Part shown: in pieces, positions 56,954 through 64,000 of the stretch
Position numbering within the stretch: the first letter of the stretch is position 1
Layout of the letters: every line of letters begins with the position of its first letter
Assembly (NCBI GenBank): GCA_009784185.1
Contig: WRCD01000002.1
Span: 53,384 to 117,383, forward strand
Source: Bacillota bacterium
Lineage (GTDB): Bacteria > Bacillota > Clostridia > Christensenellales > UBA1242
Direction: 5' to 3'
Length of the DNA: 64,000 bases
Position numbers and translations under genes: made by a program
The notes under the pieces: generated by a model
The model's database searches: none
What the model was told of the DNA's origin: nothing
The model's input: only the letters and a program-made list of their open reading frames with translations

Positions 56954-57000
56954 CCACACCCCGTCGGCTGACGCTGATACCCCTCTTGCAGAGGGGAATT
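56954..57000 (-). repeat. Family A singlet (reverse) in the spoIIE leader
   Basis: CCACACCCCGTCGGCTGACGCTGATACCCCTCTTGCAGAGGGGAATT. Confidence 0.85.
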
Positions 57001-57018
57001 TATTTTGGAGGACACGGA

Positions 57019-59307
57019 TTGGAGAACAGCAAGCTATTATTTAATATACTTAAATACGCGGCATTTTTTGCATTGTTTTATGCTTTGCATCTGGCAAACA
57101 TAAGCGGCGTTTATGCGTTTGCTTTCGGTATGCTGTTTGCTCTGGTTTGGTGTAATCAGAAACTATACATATTGGCACCGCTGTATATTATAGCCGCATT
57201 TCTGGCGTTTTTCACCTTGGAAGCAGTTATTATTGCCGGCGCAACGGCGGCTGTGTTTGCTCTTGCGTATCTGGCGCATTACAAATTAAAGCGCCCGCTC
57301 AATCTGTGGCTGATAGGCCTGTACGCGCTGCTCAGTCAGGGCGTGTTTTTGTACTTTAACCTTACCAGCCCGGAGAGCATAGTTGCCTGTATAATTACGT
57401 TAGTGCTGGGTATGATTTGCATGGCGGCATATCTTCATATATTCCAGAATGTTTTACTTAAAGGCTTGAAGCGCAGGTTTACTATAGATGAACTTGTATC
57501 GGGCGGAATATTTTTGCTGGCGGTTGGAATCGGGCTGTCATGTGTGCCGGAAATAGGGTTGTGCCTGGTTAAGTTTGCTGCGGTGTTTGCGGTGCTGATA
57601 GCGTGCTTTTTGTTTAGCGCGCCTGCCGGGATATTTGTTGGAGTTATACTTGGTGCGGGCGCAAGCCTAGCTGCCATGGATATAAGTTTTATGAGTACAT
57701 TTACGTTGTACGGCCTGGTAGCGGGAGCATTTAAAACCACAAACAAAGCATATGCCGCAGCGGCGGTGGTGCTGATAGATATATTTATGGGGCTGTTTTT
57801 TTCTACAGGGCTGCTGCTTAATTATTGGATGGCCGCACCGGCAATTTTAGCGGCATTGCTGGTTGCGGCAATCCCCAACAAAACCATAAAACGCTTGGCC
57901 GGAGTTTTAATATCGGATGACAGCGGCACGGCAGAGCGCAGCATAATCAATCGCAGCAGAGAAGCACTTTGCAGGCGTCTGTTGGAAATAAGCGAAGTGT
58001 TTTTGGAAATGCAGCACGTGTTTCGCGGTATGGTTAAGGGCACGCTTCCTATTGAAGAAGCAAAAGACTACCTTGCGGGCGAGGTGGTGGATAAGTTGTG
58101 CAAAAACTGCCCCGAGCGCACAAGGTGCTTAATGGGCGGCGGAGGCGAAACAAAGCGGGTGCTGACAGAGCTTATGGGTGCTGCGTTTTTAAAAGGCAAA
58201 ATAACCCTCCTGGATGTTCCGCATTTCTTATCGGCCAAATGCACTAAAGTAAATGTTGTAATAGGCACAATAAATCAGATAGTGACCGAGTACCGCGGAT
58301 ATGTTAAAGCAACAAACAATATAGATGCCTCGCGTGTGTTAATAGGCGAGCAGCTGCTGGGCGTGAGTCATTTAATGCTTTCGCTTGCCGATGAAGTTAA
58401 GCGCAACATTACATTTGACACCAGCAAAGAAAGTAAAATAATAGAAGACTTATTATACAAGAATATTACCTGTACTCAGGCGGTGGTGTATGAGCAGAGC
58501 AGAGACGTTTGTTCTGTTACGCTTGTAGTTAAAAACCGGGATGTAACCAGTCAGATTATTCCGCAGGTTGTAGGCGGCATTGTTGGAAGCAAAATGCTGG
58601 TAACGGGCGCTAACATATCCGATAAGGCTACATACAGCGTAGTTGACCTGCGGACCGCTCCCAAACTGGATATGGTGTTTGGCTCTGCAGGCGCCAAAAA
58701 GCATGGCTCTAAAATAAGCGGCGATACACATAGCATCCTCAGAATAAACGACGACAAATACCTGCTGGCGTTATGTGACGGAATGGGCAGCGGCGAAAAG
58801 GCCGAAAAAACCAGCGCACTTGCTATATCGCTGATAGAAAACTTTTACAAGGCCGGCTTTGACAGCGGGCTGATACTCAGCAGCGTAAATAAGCTGTTGG
58901 GGCTTGGGCATGACGAAACGTTTTCGGCGGTAGATGTAAGCGTGGTAAATTTGCGGAACGGATTATGCGATATTATTAAGGTTGGTGCGCCGGTCGGGTT
59001 TATTAAGCACACGGATAATGTTGAGATTGTTGAGTCCGGCGCACTCCCGCTTGGAATTTTAGACAGCGTTGCGCCTGCCGTAACCTCCGCATTGCTTAGT
59101 GACACCGATATGCTGGTGTTGTGCACCGACGGGCTGATAGATTCGTTTGCCGACATTAACGAATTAGGTAATTTTATAAACAATGTGCGCACAACCAATC
59201 CGCAGACACTTGCGGATGCATTACTTGATGAAGCGCTTAAATTATGCAAATCTGCGCCCAAAGATGATTTAACGGTGCTTGTTGGCAGAGTGTTTAATAA
59301 AAACTAA
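57019..59307 (+). CDS. spoIIE: Stage II sporulation protein E (PP2C phosphatase)
   Basis: About 10 TM segments, C..C...C regulatory domain, SGDTHS, LCDGMGSG, CTDGL, DDLTV; TTG after GGAGG; upstream of tilS. Confidence 0.92.
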   Translation: MENSKLLFNILKYAAFFALFYALHLANISGVYAFAFGMLFALVWCNQKLYILAPLYIIAAFLAFFTLEAVIIAGATAAVFALAYLAHYKLKRPLNLWLIGLYALLSQGVFLYFNLTSPESIVACIITLVLGMICMAAYLHIFQNVLLKGLKRRFTIDELVSGGIFLLAVGIGLSCVPEIGLCLVKFAAVFAVLIACFLFSAPAGIFVGVILGAGASLAAMDISFMSTFTLYGLVAGAFKTTNKAYAAAAVVLIDIFMGLFFSTGLLLNYWMAAPAILAALLVAAIPNKTIKRLAGVLISDDSGTAERSIINRSREALCRRLLEISEVFLEMQHVFRGMVKGTLPIEEAKDYLAGEVVDKLCKNCPERTRCLMGGGGETKRVLTELMGAAFLKGKITLLDVPHFLSAKCTKVNVVIGTINQIVTEYRGYVKATNNIDASRVLIGEQLLGVSHLMLSLADEVKRNITFDTSKESKIIEDLLYKNITCTQAVVYEQSRDVCSVTLVVKNRDVTSQIIPQVVGGIVGSKMLVTGANISDKATYSVVDLRTAPKLDMVFGSAGAKKHGSKISGDTHSILRINDDKYLLALCDGMGSGEKAEKTSALAISLIENFYKAGFDSGLILSSVNKLLGLGHDETFSAVDVSVVNLRNGLCDIIKVGAPVGFIKHTDNVEIVESGALPLGILDSVAPAVTSALLSDTDMLVLCTDGLIDSFADINELGNFINNVRTTNPQTLADALLDEALKLCKSAPKDDLTVLVGRVFNKN

Positions 59308-59390
59308 GCCGGTTTTTACCGGTTTTTTATTTGACATAAAACCGATAAAACTGCTAAACTTATTTAAACTAAAGATAAGGGGAAAGGCGT

Positions 59391-61949
59391 ATGCAGCAAT
59401 ATGTAAACAAACCAATAAGTATTGCGGGGGTAGTTGCCTTTTTGTTTGCATTAATTGTAACGCCGCTTATGGTGTTTTTTGTAGGTAATACTTTAGCAAA
59501 CGAAGGCATATGGGACGGCAGCATAGCAAGCAGTTTTGCGGGTGGCAACGGGACTTCTGCCAACCCTTACCTTATAAGCAACGGGGCGCAGCTTGCATAT
59601 TTAGCACAGGTGGTAAACGCAAACACTAACGATACAGCTAACGGCGGTAGATTTAATCAGTCCAGCAAGCATTATGCGCTTACAAGAAGCATTGCTTTAA
59701 ATAATGCGGCCGGGTGGCAGGGCTGGAACGCAACAACTACAGGCTTAAATCAATGGACACCGATTGGGGGCAATGGCTTTTGGGCAAACTTGGATGGCAG
59801 AAATAATGTAATCACCGGCCTGTTTATCGGCAGCAGTCCATTTCAAGCGGGGTTGTTTGGGGATTTAAGAGGAAGTGTTTCCAATCTGGGCGTAAAACAA
59901 AGTTTTGTGAGCGGCAGTACGGTCGGAATGATTGCAGCACGGAACGAGGGCGTAATAAACAATTGCTACAATGAAGGCACAGTTGCCGGCGGTCACTCAG
60001 GCGGAATTGTAGGAAGTAATCAGAACGGTGGTTCTGCGGGAAGAATAAATAATTGTTATAACAAAGGAACCGTAACATCAGACGGCGTGAGCGGTGGTAT
60101 TGTGGCGCAAGGCGGAGAAGTGTTAAATAGTTATAATACCGGCAATGTAACGGCAACGCCAATAATCATCTCATATGTCGGTGGAATTTCAGGCGGCGTG
60201 ACAAATGTGTTAAATTGTTACAACACAGGAACTATAACAGCAGATGGATATGCCGGCGGCATTTTGGGGTATACTGGTCAGGGGAGCTATATAGTAAATA
60301 GTTACAACACAGGAAATATTATTGCCGCCCCACGCCCTGACCAACCATTCGTTGGTGCTACTGCGGGCGGAATTGTTGGCTCTATGAGTTCTTCCACAAG
60401 TGCCGCAAGCATGGTGTTGAATTGCTACAACAGCGGCACAATAACCGCAAACACCAACGGGACCAGAATGGCAGGCGGAATTGCCGGCGTGGTATTTGTA
60501 GGGACTTCTTTTTCTAACATTATAGCAAACTCCTACAACACAGGCGCAATAACCGGCACGGGCACCGGCACAGCCCAGCTTGGAGGGCTGATAGGCAGAA
60601 ACGATGACGGGCAAGCGCTGGATTACGGATATTGGCTTAACACAACTGCCGCTGCCGCAATTGGAAACAGCACTACAAGCGGGGCATATACGTTTAACTC
60701 AACAGGCGGCGGACTGAGCGTAACAATTGGCGGAGCAGTGCGGACCACCTTGCTTTCTGCATTAAATGCCTATACAAACAGTCCAAGCCAAACAGCTCCG
60801 GCCGGCACATATTATGCAAAATGGATTAACCAAGTGTATCCGAAACTGGTGCCATGGCTGGGACAAGGCACTCAGCTTGACCCGTATTTAATATCCAATA
60901 AAGGCCAGCTGGAATTCTTTAGAGATGTAATAAACAGTAATATTTCGGACCCCAACGGCGGAATGTATAACAGTAACACCAAGTTCTACGCCATGACCAA
61001 CGATATTTACTTAAACGACACAACCGGCTGGGAAAGCTGGGGTAATTCAACAGCCGGACTTAGTGCGTGGACGCCAATCGGCACCGACACAAACCGATTT
61101 ACCGCCAATTTTGACGGTAAAGGCTTTGCAGTATCCGGCATATGGATGTATTTAAACGCGGCTTCTTCTGCAGGAGGGCTTTTCGGGTATGTAAATAATG
61201 CCAATATACTTAACACCGGCGTAGAAAAAAGCTATATAAGTGTTGGCGGCAGCGGAAGCGGGGCTGGTGGTATTGCGGCTCATTCGTTTGGTACTACTAC
61301 AATATCCGGTTGTTACAACAGAGGTACAATAATTGGCTCCAATCCTGCCGGAGGAATAATAGGTGCCGCAAACAATTCAACAATAGTTAATACCTGCTAC
61401 AATACAGGCCTAATAACCGGCACCGGCGGAACCGGGAGTTATACCGGCGGAATAGTTGGTAATCTTGCAAATTCTGCTCAAATTACCAACTGTTACAACA
61501 CCGGCCTGATTACCGCCAACGCAACCAATGCAGGCGGCATAGTAGGTTTAAACAACTCCACAGTTGGAGTATCCAACTGCTACAATACCGGCACGGTAAC
61601 CGGCACTGGCACTAATATAGGCGGACTTGTGGGCGACAGCCGAGGGCCTTTAGCCAGCAGCTATAATGTTGGTGCCATAACCGGCACCGCTACCAACCGC
61701 GGCGGTGTAGCAGGAATACGCCCAAGCGGTACCATATCAAACTGCTATTACAGTTCAACTGCGTTTAGCGGGTCTCAGATTGGTAACGTGACCGGAACCA
61801 CCGGCGCACTTACAATGAGCCAGATGCTGGCAACCGATACGCTGACATTATACATGGTTAACATGGGCAATGCGTGGGCGAAAAGGATTAATACTGCTAC
61901 ACAATCGTATTATCCGGAGCTTAAGGTATTTGCAACAGACTTAACTTAA
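59391..61949 (+). CDS. Exported GLUG-motif/beta-helix repeat protein (two duplicated modules)
   Basis: Signal peptide; PYLISN..QL and WTPIG each occur twice; many NCYNTG.I....AGGIVG repeats. Confidence 0.85.
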   Translation: MQQYVNKPISIAGVVAFLFALIVTPLMVFFVGNTLANEGIWDGSIASSFAGGNGTSANPYLISNGAQLAYLAQVVNANTNDTANGGRFNQSSKHYALTRSIALNNAAGWQGWNATTTGLNQWTPIGGNGFWANLDGRNNVITGLFIGSSPFQAGLFGDLRGSVSNLGVKQSFVSGSTVGMIAARNEGVINNCYNEGTVAGGHSGGIVGSNQNGGSAGRINNCYNKGTVTSDGVSGGIVAQGGEVLNSYNTGNVTATPIIISYVGGISGGVTNVLNCYNTGTITADGYAGGILGYTGQGSYIVNSYNTGNIIAAPRPDQPFVGATAGGIVGSMSSSTSAASMVLNCYNSGTITANTNGTRMAGGIAGVVFVGTSFSNIIANSYNTGAITGTGTGTAQLGGLIGRNDDGQALDYGYWLNTTAAAAIGNSTTSGAYTFNSTGGGLSVTIGGAVRTTLLSALNAYTNSPSQTAPAGTYYAKWINQVYPKLVPWLGQGTQLDPYLISNKGQLEFFRDVINSNISDPNGGMYNSNTKFYAMTNDIYLNDTTGWESWGNSTAGLSAWTPIGTDTNRFTANFDGKGFAVSGIWMYLNAASSAGGLFGYVNNANILNTGVEKSYISVGGSGSGAGGIAAHSFGTTTISGCYNRGTIIGSNPAGGIIGAANNSTIVNTCYNTGLITGTGGTGSYTGGIVGNLANSAQITNCYNTGLITANATNAGGIVGLNNSTVGVSNCYNTGTVTGTGTNIGGLVGDSRGPLASSYNVGAITGTATNRGGVAGIRPSGTISNCYYSSTAFSGSQIGNVTGTTGALTMSQMLATDTLTLYMVNMGNAWAKRINTATQSYYPELKVFATDLT

Positions 61950-62021
61950 AATAATTTTTACAAAACCTATTGAAAAAGTTTCGGTTTTAGCGTATAATAA
62001 CTCCGGATAAAGGAGTTGTTA

Positions 62022-63359
62022 ATGGAAAAAGCGTTTAACTCTATAAAAAAGAACAGATTGTTTAAAAGCGGCGAGACTGTTGGTATTGCCTGCAGCGGCG
62101 GAGCGGACAGCATGGCGCTTCTGCATTTCTTAAATGCAAACAAAGATAAATTGGACATTGATATTATGGTGGTTCATGTTGACCATGCCACGCGTGAGTT
62201 TGATGCAAGAGATGCGGCGTTTGTGGCCGACTACTGCAAACAGAGCGGTATTAAGTTTTATAAGTTTAAAGTTGAATCCGCAGTGCTTGCCCGTCAAAAA
62301 GGCTTTAGTCTGGAACAGGCTTGCCGTGAAGGCAGGTACGGTCTTTTTGAGAGTTTGTTAAAGCGTCAGCTATGCGACAAAATTGCGCTTGCTCACCACA
62401 TGGGTGACCAGGCCGAAACAATTCTTTTAAACATATTACGCGGCAGCGGGCTTAAAGGCGCGCAGGGCATGGAGCCCTTAAGAGACGGTGTTTACGCACG
62501 TCCGTTTTTGGACCTTACTAAGCAGGAACTGCTTAACTATTGTTATCAAAACGACGTGCCGTTTGTTGAAGATGAAACCAACAGTGACAACAACTTTGCG
62601 CGAAACTTTTTGCGCAATGTAATTTTGCCCGAAATAAGAAAGCAATGGCCGAATGCGGACGAGAACCTTGTGGCTTTTGGAGCAATTGCTAAAACAGACG
62701 ATGAGTTTATTAATGCGCTTATGAACTTTGATGCCATTATTTACGGCGAACAAACAGTAAAAATTCCGCTTAACTATTTTGTGTATCAATCAAGCTTGGT
62801 TAACCGTATGCTGATACGGGCTTTAGCACATCTTAATGCTGCCGGTTATGAGTCTAAACATATGGTGCTGTTGTCTGATTTGGCCAAAAACGGCAGCAAC
62901 GGCGCAAAATTAAACCTGCCGGATAAGGTTACGGCGTACCGTGAATATGACTATCTGACCTTAACCCGCAAAAAGGTCAAGGAAAAAATTGCCGAAGAAT
63001 ATCCGTTTAAGCTGGGGCAGATAAAGTTTAACGACTACGGCAAGTTAAAAATTAAGCTGGCTAAGCCGATAGAAAAACCGCTGAGCGGTCTGCTGATAGA
63101 TGCCGGTAAAGTTCCGGCAGAAGCCGTTTGGCGCCTTAGGGCAGAAGGCGACTACATTACAAAGTTTGGAGGCGGCACCAAAAAGCTGAAACAGTTTCTG
63201 ATAGATAAAAAAGTACCCGCCAGAATGCGTGATATGATTCCTGTGCTGGCCGTAGGCAGCAATGTGCTGGCGGTTGCGGGCGTGGAAATAAGTGACAGCC
63301 TGAAAGTGGACCAAGCCTCACGCAGGGCAGCGGTTGTTGAATATGAATTGTTTGATTAA
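62022..63359 (+). CDS. tilS: tRNA(Ile)-lysidine synthase
   Basis: SGGADSMAL, AHHMGDQAET, RGSGLKG, DETN, RNFLR. Confidence 0.95.
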   Translation: MEKAFNSIKKNRLFKSGETVGIACSGGADSMALLHFLNANKDKLDIDIMVVHVDHATREFDARDAAFVADYCKQSGIKFYKFKVESAVLARQKGFSLEQACREGRYGLFESLLKRQLCDKIALAHHMGDQAETILLNILRGSGLKGAQGMEPLRDGVYARPFLDLTKQELLNYCYQNDVPFVEDETNSDNNFARNFLRNVILPEIRKQWPNADENLVAFGAIAKTDDEFINALMNFDAIIYGEQTVKIPLNYFVYQSSLVNRMLIRALAHLNAAGYESKHMVLLSDLAKNGSNGAKLNLPDKVTAYREYDYLTLTRKKVKEKIAEEYPFKLGQIKFNDYGKLKIKLAKPIEKPLSGLLIDAGKVPAEAVWRLRAEGDYITKFGGGTKKLKQFLIDKKVPARMRDMIPVLAVGSNVLAVAGVEISDSLKVDQASRRAAVVEYELFD

Positions 63360-63433
63360 TGGTTTGCATACTTGTTAAAAATAGTGTACAATGGGGGTCA
63401 TAAACGACCTCCATATTTTTTAAAAGGCAACAA

Positions 63434-64000
63434 ATGGCCGAAAGCGAAAACAATCAAAGGTTAAAAAACTTAACAACCCCGCTTGTTAAAAAACGCAGGC
63501 GTTCTTTAGATATCTACAGGCAGAGTTACGGTAAGTGGCGTCTGCTTAAACTTAAGCTTAATAAATTCTATTTCAAACAGGTAAAGCCCAAAACCGCACC
63601 AATTTACGATGAGCTTCATACCGAAAGCAAGTTTGAAGGCGCAAAAAAGGCCGTGGGTGCTCAAAAAAGCAAAAAGAAGCGCCTATTAAGTTTTTTGTTT
63701 TTTGCTATTAATCTGGCTATAGTAGCCGGAATAATTATATATCAGTTCAGCACAGATGACGTAACGCTTGGTGATTTGTTTAGCACATCAATCAATTGGT
63801 GGTGGTTTGTTGCGGCGGTTGCATTGTTTTTTGTAACTATGGGAATAGATAGTTTAAGGTTGTTTATTTTGATAAAACACTCTACCAAGCGTACCAGGGC
63901 ATATTTAAGTTATAAAACTACGGCGCTCGGCCTGTTTTACGACAGAATTACACCTATGTTTACCGGCGGGCAGCCGTTTCAGATGTATTATATGAACAAA
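63434..64000 (+). CDS. Lysylphosphatidylglycerol synthase TM-domain (UPF0104) protein, partial
   Basis: Manual translation stays open to the window end and finishes ...FYDRITPMFTGGQPFQMYYMNK, a typical family motif. Confidence 0.8.
   Translation, partial: MAESENNQRLKNLTTPLVKKRRRSLDIYRQSYGKWRLLKLKLNKFYFKQVKPKTAPIYDELHTESKFEGAKKAVGAQKSKKKRLLSFLFFAINLAIVAGIIIYQFSTDDVTLGDLFSTSINWWWFVAAVALFFVTMGIDSLRLFILIKHSTKRTRAYLSYKTTALGLFYDRITPMFTGGQPFQMYYMNK

Noticed and set aside
56830-57018. N-terminal extension of SpoIIE in the ORF track
   Set aside because: It crosses promoter DNA and a family A unit; a strong GGAGG precedes TTG 57019.

Overview
Chromosomal window from a spore-forming Firmicute, most likely Clostridia (inferred from gerKA/KB/KC, yabP/yabQ, spoIIE, recD2, secA, rpoBC, pth, tilS and three tRNAs). 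An accessory block of about 11 kb lies between tRNA-Glu and spoIIE. The most striking feature is non-coding: several families of short dispersed palindromic repeats. Family A (AATTCCCCTCT-loop-AGAGGGGTG-[variable hairpin]-CGGGGTGTG) has about 19 units in 64 kb. It occurs as singlets, as inverted doublets, as the inverted ends of a stand-alone DUF559 endonuclease gene (13501-13968), and as the ends of a three-gene cargo block (38284-41017) whose genes are each followed by a second conserved motif. This suggests, but does not prove, a REP/REPIN-like system tied to a DUF559 nuclease. Some repeats sit in-frame inside protein-coding genes. Other notable points: a RAYT-like Y1 transposase with its own terminal repeats, seven probable leaderless genes, a poly-G tract in a promoter spacer, a DnaD protein ending in a DnaC-like zinc module, and an RpoB with substitutions in the rifampicin pocket. 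All calls are by eye from sequence and motif knowledge; no database searches were run.
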